Below, piece by piece: positions 11,901-23,900 of a stretch of DNA of 64,000 bases (position 1 is the first letter of the stretch; every line of letters begins with the position of its first letter). The notes under the pieces are model-generated. The model was not told where the DNA came from. It did not search any database and saw nothing but the letters and a program-made list of their open reading frames with translations. Both the position numbers and the translations under genes were made by a program. This stretch comes from Stylophora pistillata (Eukaryota), in the NCBI RefSeq assembly GCF_002571385.2, contig NW_019217911.1, positions 62,001-126,000 on the forward strand, in the 5' to 3' direction.

Positions 11901-14900
11901 TCATAGAAACGTTTCTTGTTCATAACTTGACCCTGCAAAATTAGGACATAAGCAAATTCCTGTCTTTCAATCAGCCTTGCAGTAGGGTACATGATTATTG
12001 TGTATTATAAATGACCTTCATGTAAATATCACAAGTACTCTATTGCTTTTTACAGTAACTCTAACATTGCTTTTTACATTCTCTCTGATAGGTATGCAAT
12101 TCTGTCACAAATGCTGAAATCTGATTGGCTACTCTACCCACCATCTATTACATGATTGATGGTGAGAAGAGTGAGTTTCCTGACAGTGTGCAATTAAAAA
12201 AAAAAAATTGAGGAAAAAGATGCAACCTTTCTTTTTGTTAGATTTAGAAGAAAAAGAAGCTTCATTTTACAACCATTAGAATTAGTTCATGAGCTCGAGA
12301 TTTCTTTGCTTGATGATTGATTCCAGCCATGCACTCATAACCTATCATGCAATAGAAATCTCAAGCTCATAATTTGATTGTTCAATAGCAATCAGACATT
12401 GTCCTGTGCATAAATACAATGAGTTGGTTTGTTCAGGCTTAGGTCTCTATTTTTTTTTCTATGGATTATCAACTGAACCATTAATTAGTAGCACAATATA
12501 ACTTCTAGCATTTTACTCACCCCTTCCTCTGGACAGATAAGATGCAGGATTACCTCCACCACCTTTAATGCCGCATCACGGAAAGGAACCAGGATCAAAA
12601 TCTTGGGTCTTGTAAGTCCTTGATCACGGAGTTCACTGTAAAAGGAAGTTGCAATGAGCGAGAATGTCTGAATTATTAGCAACAGAGAATATAGTGACTA
12701 AAACAGGTAATGCAACAAGTCACCTAACTCTAGAGGGAACTATTGTCAGAACTGACACCAATCTGAGTGTTTTTTTTTCTTACAGGCAGTCAGAATTAAA
12801 CAAGTTAAGTTATACTAACTATAAAATAGGAAAAGATACTGGACAATTGCAAGAAAAAAAAAGATTGAGGTCTGCACATTTTCCTAATCAAGACTGATTA
12901 TCTGCTACGGCACTTGAACATTAGACAACACTTTGGTGGTTAAATGGGATGTTGGAGTTAAGCCTGGCATCCTGGGTTACCAGCAAGCAAGGGAGTAAGT
13001 TCTCAACAAAAATTCATTAACCAAGGGATGCCACTGGCCTGCCTCAATGCTTTCCTTCCCCTATGATAAAAATCTATCTCTCATTTATTCCCTGGTAGTC
13101 ATGTTGCAACAGGAAATAAATTTATGATATGCAAGAAAGAAGACAGGTACCTTTGCTGAAATGACTTGGTAGAATGACTAATTTCTTACCCAATTTCATT
13201 CCCGTCTTTCCAGGACTGAACAATTTTTGCAGTATTCTTCGTCACTCTTGACCGTGTCCTATTGGGCAATATAAAAAATACTTCACTGTAATTTACTTGA
13301 CATGTACTGCTTTTAGGAGAAGTGTTCCTCTGAGGGAATATGATTTTTATCTCAGCCATTTAACCTGCAGCATTGGAGATTTCAATGAGTAACCTGAGCA
13401 ACAAAACATTTTCCACACGTGTTCAAAATTCACCAATGGCTGCTACTTTTTTGACCTTAATGCTTGATGCAAGAGTGATATTGTAAGGAGAAATTAGATG
13501 CTAAAGTTTATGAACCCCAACTTGTGGTTCATAAACTGCTTCAGCTCTGGGCCAGGTTGTTCAAAGGTGGGTTAAGATAACCCTGGGTTAGTGTGAAATT
13601 TGACTTCAGATCTGAAAGCTTCAAAATAAAATTAATTTTAATTCCATTTGCCTACAATTTGATGATTTAATGCTCTGAAAAGAATTAGAAAAGTTATCCT
13701 AAAAAGACTTTTGAACAGAGAAATATAGAAACCCGGACTAAAATTTAACCCTGGGTTAACGCTAATTGGCCTTCAAACTGGCCCTGGTTATGCAAATGAA
13801 AAAAAAACAACAACAATTATTCTAGTAAAAAATGCGTCTTGTGTTGCTCCTTAGGATTCCAAAAACTTCCCAAGAGATGGAGAGAAGATGGGAGACTTTT
13901 TCTTTGGCTAGGATGCTGGCTGAGTAAGATCCAAAATGCCGGGATCCAAATAAGAATTTGTGGCACAATGGAAGAAAATTTCAGATGGTTAGGTTTACTG
14001 TGATTCTCATATATCACAAACATGCCCAGGATGTAGCCACAGGCACAGCCTAGTACAATGTTGAGGCATTTTTGAACATTTATTGTTAAATCACAATCTG
14101 TACTAGGTGTTGACTCCCACTTCCCTACAAAGCTAAGGTGAGTTCAACTTCACAGGCAAGCCAGCAGTTCTCTCATCAACGAAAATATTTTATGTGAACA
14201 TCATCTGCAGTGGCGGCAAAGAAACCTGTGACATAACAACTCCGTTTTTCTACCAACTATGTCCAACAGAAATTTTGCACCAGTCTGATTTGCATTTCAC
14301 GCTGACCCATCACAGTTGTGCTTGGGACTGAGTAGAACAGATTGCCAACGTTATCAATTAGCACTAGGGACTATGTCCCAGGTATGTCTGTAGCATATGA
14401 GAATCAGGCTCTCTGCAGTGTTGTTTACAGGAATCTCTCAAGAGGTTTAAAGAGGGTAACAGGGTTTGTACCATTTTTCAGAAACAAATTTCAAGGACTT
14501 TCCTACAACTTAGATTGATTTTTCCAGGGCTCCAAATTTTTCCCTCAAACCCTTTCCTTCTCCAGATTCTAAAGTCAATTCTTTTACAGTCTACACACAT
14601 TTCTTAGGATGTAAATTCTGAAAACTTTATTGCTTGAATCAGGCAGATTCCTGGGACTTTCCAGGACCTGTAGTCTTTTTCCAGGACTTTCCACTTCTAG
14701 AAAACATCAAAATAAAATTCCAGGACTTTCCAGGTTTTCCAGGACTTGTAGAAACTCTGGTTTAAGTTTGTAAAGAAACTGTGGTGCTGTGTCAGTGAAG
14801 GGTAAAACAAGGTCACATAGTTTTAGAAACTGCATTAACATCGTAAATTAGCCACCCTAAAGGGTTTCTAATGCTGACATTTCAAGCATTAGCAATTTGT

Positions 14901-17900
14901 CAGGTTGAGGTTTAAATTTCTTAAACCTAATAGAGGAAAAAACAAAAAAATTCCAAAATTGTTTACAATCTGTTTCTCGTGGCTTTCTCAGTGTAACATA
15001 AACTGTTATCATAAACTTTTTATGGCACCTTCCTACTGTTACAATGTTTCTTAGAAAAAAAAAAACAAGTGATAGGAAGGAGTCAAGTACTGTTAAATAA
15101 AACACTTGATGTAAGATAGCTTGATATTTATCCCCAACAGTACAAACTCTCATTGGTTACTTTGAGGTCACACAACAATGCAACTGTTTCTCGTCAAGTC
15201 TCTGAACTGGAAACACTGCAGGATCTATAATAAGAATGTAACAGCAAAATATATTGACTGATAACCTTCTAAAATATTCATGTTTATCTCTGCTTTGCCT
15301 TTGCTTTGAGAGACATTGAAGTTCCTCATTGAAAAAGTAAGTGGGAATTCCTCACAAGAAATTATGTGCTGATTTGTTTTAAGATTTAGAGTCATTCATG
15401 TTCATCTGAATGAATTTTGAGTTCAATGGGGTAGGATAAAGGTTGACTTCAGAGTTTTAGAGCTTGGTATCACCAATAATGCTCCCAAAACTGGAGTCCA
15501 ACAAAACTGTAAAAAAGAAAAAAAAAACCAGCAAGAAAAGTTGCTGCACCAAGAACAAACAACGAAAAAATAGTGCTACATACATACATACATACATATA
15601 TAGATACATTTTATTACATGGATTCATATTTACAGGTTTTCATGCACCCACAATTAGCTCAAGCACTATTTTAGGTGGGTGAAACTTAGTAAAACTATTA
15701 CAAACAGTGCTAGCCTTCAATTAACTACCACAGTTCTTCAAAATTATTAAAACTTTGCAGCTTTTTCTCTAACATATTTACAAACTAGTCTTAGTTAACA
15801 AACAGCTTTCTCAAGTTAAACATCAAAGAGACAGTATGCTTACCACTAACATATTAAGTAAGACAACGTCAAATTCTTGTTCCAGACTAAGCTCTAGATT
15901 AATTGCTTAGTGCAGATGGTGCCACCATGATCACAGTTATTGCATTCTGACTTACTGTGCAACCCTTTCACTCCTCGAAGTCATTGACATATAACTTCTT
16001 TCCATAATATCCATGCATTTTCCAGCAAATTTGTAATCATAGAGATTACTCAAACTTGTAAGGAAATTGCTATCTTTATACAACACCAAATTCTCAAAAC
16101 TCGTTTACCAAGAAATTTGTAGCAGCTATAGTGGACAATTAACAACCAGATCTTTGGAGTAAAAGGGCTGAGGCTTCCTCAACATCATAAAATTAATAAA
16201 TAGAAATAATAAATTTAAATAATAAAGAAATAACTAAACCTTGATTATCTTGTATGCCCTTGTAAAGCCAAGGATGGCTTTTGATTCCCTTAGCTCTTAA
16301 AAACGCTGCTTAAAAAAAAAGCTGAAGACATCAAAAGTATTTGGAAAAGTTCCTTAAACTGTTTCACTACCTAAAGTGACCTGTTGATGAATTCTCTTAA
16401 CCACATTAGGCACTTGAATAAAAAGAAAATTGTTGTCCAGCAGGGCCAGGTTGTTCAAAGCTGGGTTAAGGCTTTTTGTCAACTATCTGATGATTGAATA
16501 TTCTAAAAAGAATAGAGATTTTTTTAGAAAGGGTTTTGAACAGATAAATAGTGCTGATCAGCCTTTGAACAACTGGGACCAAGAAAATATCACACATATT
16601 CATTAATGGTGGAGCTTGCAGAGCATAGCCCCATAATTATACAGAATGGTAGTAGTAACCCATCAAGCTGAAAAAATTTGGACTTATGACTGTACGCGTG
16701 TCTGTACAAGGTGCTACTTTTAGCATGCAAGGTCAACTGTACTGTGGGCACACCAACACCACGGCTTTGTCCAATAGCCCAGTGGTCAGTGCACTAAGCT
16801 CTGAGTCGAAGGACCCAGGTTCTAGTCCTGGCTGGGGCAAGGCATGGTGCCCTTGAAATGTGCAGGAAAAAAAAAATGTGAGCTCCACTTTTAGGCTTTG
16901 CTAAATCCAGGGGCGGATCCAGGAATTTTTGATTGGGGGGTCCAAACTTTGGTTCAGAAAGGACTGTTGGACCGAGGCAAATTACTTCTCCCCCACACTC
17001 CCCTCCCACCAGTCGTGGTTGCACATTATATTCCTTGGCCGCTTACTATTTACTTGGATTCATTAAAAAATCAGCCAGTTAAAAAGTGATATACGATCCT
17101 GTCGATGTAAGAATTTCAGTCTCAAATTTGTAAGTGTCAGGTCTGATAGGAGGTCCGGATCCCCCGGACCCTAACCCTGGATCCGCCACTGAAATCTATA
17201 TATTATATTAAGAAATAAAAGTTTTTAACTTACCAAAATTGTCTTTCAGATCTTACAGATGAAAGGGTTAATTGCATGTCAAACAGTCTACCAAAAAGTT
17301 GCCTAAGATTTTTAGGAGATTGGTTAAAATGACTTAATTGACTCCCTCGCCTAATTTACATTGTTTAGGCTTATAGGCAAGCCTAATCAATTTTCCCCTC
17401 AAAATAGGCTTTTACCAGAATCTCTACTTCACTTTCTTTACTAGAATTTTTTAACTCCTTTTCTTCACCTCTTTTCACTAGAAAATCCCATAATATGGGA
17501 TGAAAAACAATTAAAGAGTGTTACAGTTGTTGGGAGAACAACCTTCAATGCAAACTTAGTCCCAAAAACAGTTGAAAGTAAACAATAAAGAACAATCATG
17601 TACAGAGATAAGAATTTCCCTAACTTTTTCAAATGTTTTCTCACAGGCTCTAATTTGTCACATGCAATATCAAAGAGGTCCTTGGGGATATACTGTTTGT
17701 ATCCTTTAGTGTATTCTTTCATTTCATCTCGATGATGCTTTTTACAGACATCAAACAACACACGTAAAAGGTGGAAATAAGTGTTGGTAAATGAGCTGTA
17801 CAATGTCCAAATGCAATGGCAAATAAGTACATTTATGGCCACAGATGACAAAGTTTCAATGAGAAACTTCATACCAGTAATTAACAAAATGTTGGAAGCA

Positions 17901-20900
17901 ATCTGCAGTGATAAGGAGCAGCAGTATGAAAAATATATCACCCAAACAATAGAAAGACAAAGAAATACAAACTCAAAAAAGAAAAACACTGCTTTTACAA
18001 GCTTATTCTTAAACCATTCTATTCTTGAACCCCAAAATCTTAACCAGTCAAAGGTATACCAACAACCTCCAAAACAAAAAGAAACAATTGGTAGCGAAAC
18101 AATGGAGTCTACAACAGTCATAATTATGAATAGAGCTAATTTAAGTAAAGACAATAGAACCTTTCCCACAAAGGAAACTAGATTTCTACATACATCTCTC
18201 CAGTTTCTAGAGAGAGAACTTCCTTCAAGAATTTCAGGTTCACCTTCCCAATTCCCAGAGAATAAATTTACTACTAGAATTTCAGATGCATCTTTCCAGT
18301 TTCTATCCAAAGTTTCAAAACCAAATGATTGAAAATTCTGTTGGATGTTATCTGGAATACTACTATCCTTGGAAGAATCTGATGGATCTATTTCATTACA
18401 CTCATCACAAGCATGCCAGTAGTTGCTGGGGGACAAGGCTTGAATAACCTCACAAGTTTTAAGAAAGCATGTTATGTGTTTCCTATGAATGAAACTGGGA
18501 ACCCTGGTTGAGGAAGAGGGCTTAAAGATCACACATAACATTCGCACGCCAAAACAAAATGCACAAGCACATAGGCCTGGAAGTTTTTTGAAGGCAAAGG
18601 AAAACACTGACTCGATCAGGTATGGTGGGGACAGATTGGTGAAAGCTTGAGAGAACAGTCTTGGTACCCCAAGGACAAAAACATCTGTACATAGCAAAAC
18701 ACCTACGTGAGACATGATCAAAATAAAAATCTCAACAATATGATAACATATTCTTTTCCATTTTTTTCCAGTGGGTTTGGCCTTGTGCAAGAAGATACAA
18801 TTTGCAATTAAGCTTCTTATACCTATAGGGCTAGCTGGTTCACCAACATCAATCACATCAAGACAAAAGCCATCCATCTCGCTTTCAGCTGCAAAGTAAG
18901 TTAATTGTTGAGAAGAAGCAGCTGCCTTGTCCTTGGAGCCTTGTTCCACAGCAGAGGGTCCAGGGGAGTTATCTTCTGTAGACATAAGCCAGCTACCGGC
19001 ACAAATTTTCTCAACACAAATTTCCTCAACACAAATTCCTATATCGTCGTGTTCTCGTGGTTGCTTTTTTGTATTCTGGTAACTTGGGCTCTCGCCTTTA
19101 GCATGATAGTCACTTTCCTCCGGCTGCTTGCCCAAATGATTTTCACGTCTTAATTTTTTCAGAGTGGGACAAAACAAAGTTAACACTTTAGGACTCCATA
19201 AGATATACGCTATCCCAATTAGGAAGATTAAGACGTAATACAATGATGTGAGCGTAAGTTCGTGGTCTTCGGACACATTGCCATTCGAAAAACCGGCAGA
19301 AAGATGGTAGTTTGTAGCCAAATAAACGTAACCAAAGAAAGGCATATTCCAGCTTTGATTGTCAAAAGAAATGTGGAAACGAAGCGAGCGTAGAACGTTG
19401 AGTCCATTTGAAACAGCCATTACAGTTTGGTTTAACGCGGGTTGTAGAAGACAGGAGACATTTCGTATGAAAGTTTCGTTGATTTCCTCTGTCTGAAATG
19501 TTTGTTCTAAAGCTGCCAGGGTGATAAACCGGACTAATCTGAATCCATGATCAAAATAGTGTTCTTTACTTACAGGTAAAACGAAGACATAACCCGTTGT
19601 GGTCGTATTATGAATGTTGTTAGCCACGCACTTTTGATGGACAAGGTAGCTTATGTTAAGCCGGATCTCCATCTTGCGAGCGGTCGGGGAAGTTTTACCT
19701 GTACTCGTAGAAAAACCATTCGCAGCGTGTACCATCTATCGACGAGTAAACTTCCTTGACGTTTTGCAGCAAAACTAACACGGTAATGACCATACACAAC
19801 ATCTTGACTATGGTCTCAGGAGTGAATCAAATTCTCTTCCGCTTTCGACTGGGAAGGAGGGTGTCGCCGAATCTAGACAGAGTCCGCTGTCGCTGGCTAA
19901 CTCGATATCAATCGAAGAGGACTGTAATCTATCTTCTTTTCCAAGATTTATTCTCAACGTACACCGCCGACGTTCTAACAATTTTTTTTAACAATTCCAA
20001 CAATTCCAACGAAACAGTTCAGACGATTCTATCATATTCTCGCTATGTAAACGTTCAAACGTTCAAGTAAATCTAATGTAATTACAATCTACTGTGGTAT
20101 TCATAGTCTGCCTTGCGTGACTACAAGCCAGTGTTTTTCCAACAGTCACGAGTACAGTAAAATCCCAAGCCAACCTATTGTAATATGTCTATATTTCATT
20201 CTTTCTACCCAATAGCAAGTTTCCCATTCCTTATTAGGCGGACTAAACACCTGCTATAATTTATACATCAAAATTATGCAATAAAAATATGGGTCAACGT
20301 GAGAGCTAAAGTCCATCGTACCTCTTTACCTGGTCCATTAATGAGATTTAGCATAAGGACGAAACGTCATTTCAGAACGGGAGAGAGTAGCCTGCGAACA
20401 GGCTCCCGGCTTGGAGGTGCACAACGGCGCGTCTGATTGAACGGGGAGCCTGTGCGCAGGCTAGGGAGAACGCGGAGAATAGTCTGGACACGACTCCATT
20501 TCGATTTCCGGTGTTATCGTTGCAGTTCCCCAACAAGTTCAGGACGTCATTTCGCTAGTTTTCGCATCCCGATCAGAACGCCTGGGATTTACGTAAATCG
20601 TGCACTTGTAAACGAGATAATATTGTTGGGAAGTACTTCAAAACTCATTTCCAGGGTAATTAGGTCCATTTCTTTGATTAATTTACCGCTATTTCTGCTG
20701 GATTCCCGTAAGAAAATCGAAACATAAACGTTAGCAAGCGATCCTAGATTTCAGGACTCAGTTCGCTTTTAAGTGAGCGAGGCTTTAGGCAATAAAAGGG
20801 CTCCTTTAATACATCTCTTTAAGCCTACATGAAAACTCTAAGGAAGATGCTGATAAATCAATTTCGTCGTAAATTAATTTATCATATCAAACAATACCGC

Positions 20901-23900
20901 GCGCTCCTAATCACCTGATTACGTGTTTTATGTGCCGTACAGGATGCGCAGTGTAATACTGAGAAATCCTGTGCAATGAGTGGTGACGTTCCGGGCGAAA
21001 CGAAAAAAAAAAAACCATTATTTTTGAAGGAGAGGGTAAATAAAGAGCGGAAATAAAAGAAGAAGAAAACAAACAAACAAACAAAAAAACAAAACTTGTA
21101 ACCGCTGGGATTGACCCCAGGTCCTCTCGTTCTAGAGGAGAGGCGCTATCTGGTCCCAAGTTTTAGAGTGTTTCTAGGCGATAACATTAACGTGTACCTG
21201 TGAGTAGACTTCGTCGATAAAACATGACNGATCCTAGATTTCAGGACTCAGTTCGCTTTTAAGTGAGCGAGGCTTTAGGCAATAAAAGGGCTCCTTTAAT
21301 ACATCTCTTTAAGCCTTCATGAAAACTCTAAGGAAGGGATGCTGATAAATTAATTTCGTCGTAAATTAATTTATCATATCAAACAATACCGCGCGCTCCT
21401 AATCACCTGATTACGTGTTTTATGTGCCGTACAGGATGCGCAGTGTAATACTGAGAAATCCTGTGCAATGAGTGGTGACGTTCCGGGCGAAACGAAAAAA
21501 AAAAAACCATTATTTTTGAAGGAGAGGGTAAATAAAGAGCGGAAATAAAAGAAGAAGAAAACAAACAAACAAACAAAAAAACAAAACTTGTAACCGCTGG
21601 GATTGACCCCAGGTCCTCTCGTTCTAGAGGAGAGGCGCTATCTGGTCCCAAGTTTTAGAGTGTTTCTAGGCGATAACATTAACGTGTACCTGTGAGTAGA
21701 CTTCGTCGATAAAACATGACCTTTCTTTCCCAAAAGGTAAAATACAAAGTCTTTTTGATCATGAACAATGATACCAAACACTGGTGTTTATGATTACATA
21801 ATTCATGGGATTAATTTAATAATAAATTTGAGTTTCCTACAATCTTGCACATCTGCAAGTTTGTTTGTTTAGCATAACGCACTCACTTGATTTGTATAAC
21901 TTCAGTATAAAAAAAAAGAAAAAAAAAAAAGGAATAAAGGTACCTCCTGAGGGGTACAAATTAGGTTAACATAGCAGCTAACTCATGACACTGGCCATGT
22001 CAAACATGACAGTCCTTTCAGAACCTGAACAAGCTCTTGAACAACATGCAGGGCAACAAATGTGTCTTTTTGAGAGTACAAGGATAGGCTTTGAAGAAGT
22101 TACACAACAGACATATTATCATAATAAAAATAATTTTAAGGGGTTTGCTGCAAACTGTTTCTTTTACTCTCTTTTGGGTCTCATATTTCCTTCAATATCT
22201 AATGAGTGATCCCTCCAGGAAAAGTTAGTTTTGCAATCTCTCAAGTCTCCATCTTTCCCTCAAAAAATTGTAAAAACAAACTAGGAAACTGTTTGCCACT
22301 GAGTCAGAATTAAGTTTATGATGTCCTTATACTCCTTTATTTTACATGGTACTATTAGATTTGAACAATCTTCTTCTGTAACGTTTCCAAACTAAAAAGT
22401 AGGTATATAAAATATTTCCATTCTTACTTCAAGATGTGATTAACAGCATGTAGACAATATAGCCTTCTTATTTCATCACCATTCTGAAAGGTGCGGCTTG
22501 AGAAGTAAACATCCTGTAAGAAAGAAGAACATATCAAAATCTAAAAAGGCTCAAGAATTCTCTCTCCTGTAAGCTCCATTTTTCCACATTCTTATTCTCT
22601 TACAAAAAAATTTAAAAGTGAAAAAGGGAGCTCTAATACTGATATTCTGCAGGTCCTTGGTAATTTATGCAAACATTTCAATAAATGTCATAATCATAAT
22701 TTTTGGTATTCAGTGGTCAAATTTCTAGCAGCTGTATCTTGTTCCACTGCAAACCTTTATCTATATTCTCATTTGTTATTTACAGTGCATCTACTGATCA
22801 GAAGGAAAGGCCAATTAAAAATTAAAAAGCAAGCTGGGAGCAGAACTGAAACAATATATGCCAACATTTTCAAATCTAACCACTGAAACAACAGATACAA
22901 AACAATGAAATTTCAATTTTTTTATTGGCTAAACCACCGTCTATTTATCACTTCCCCATTCTGACAGAATATAGGAGTCATTTTGTTTTGGTCATTTCTT
23001 GAAAAACAAAGTACAATTCAACTGAAAAAGGACAGAGAAATGTGTTCAAATTACTGTATATGTCAAATCCAAAAACTTTGCACCAAGCCCTCTATTTTTT
23101 GACAAGCCTTTCACTAACCTTATATGCATTGATATGATAAAAAAGATCTTGCTGAAGTGGAGAAAACAACCCTGAAAAAAGAACTCTAAATTTAAAATCA
23201 AGTGATTTCAAAAGTTTTCATAATAACAATAGTTCATCTTTATTGAGGATGCCAACATCACAAAAAAGTGGTTTACAGAGGGGTCCTCGAAAGGTAACTA
23301 CATAAAATATAATTACTTAAAAATAAAAAGAATAAAATACATATCGAAAAATATGANACCCAAAAATTATAAAGAAATCTACAATTAAAGGTACATTTGT
23401 TAAAGTCAACCCCATTCTCTCACAGCCCCACCCCTCTAGTAAAGCCCCAATCAACAGGATGGAAACAAAGAGTTCTCCTAGAGGTCATTGTGACTCACAA
23501 AATTATCATCACCAATTGGCTATTATGAGCTTGAAGGTTACATGTAAAATACTTCTGAAAGATGAAATGTGTTTAAAATAATTTATTACAAATGGTGTAC
23601 CTTCAGAGTTAGGTATCTTATTGATTGCCTGCCATGAAAGAGCAAGTCTGGACTTTATCTGGAGAAGTAAATTAGGTTTATCACTAAGGCAGCTATAATT
23701 TAATTTAATGATTAAAAATACTAGCAAAACTGTTTTAAGTGGTCACCCACAGGAAATGGTAGTGTGACCAATTAATACAGGTTGAATGCCTAATGTAGGG
23801 GTATTATAAAAAAAAAATTGTAAAAGATGTCATTTCCTGCCATAATGGCACACTTCATGTACAAAAACTCACTCAAAACTACCACTAAAATTAATTGCAG

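Noticed and set aside
17781-18332. 183-aa plus-strand ORF and other antisense ORFs (29567-29968, 30491-31042, 33760-33945, 40166-40690)
   Set aside because: Shadow ORFs opposite real coding exons, with no recognisable motifs.
20740-21720. Apparent tandem duplication and duplicated ORFs (64 and 82 aa)
   Set aside because: The copies are joined by a single N and differ by only a few allelic-type changes, the typical signature of uncollapsed contig ends; the ORFs are low-complexity.
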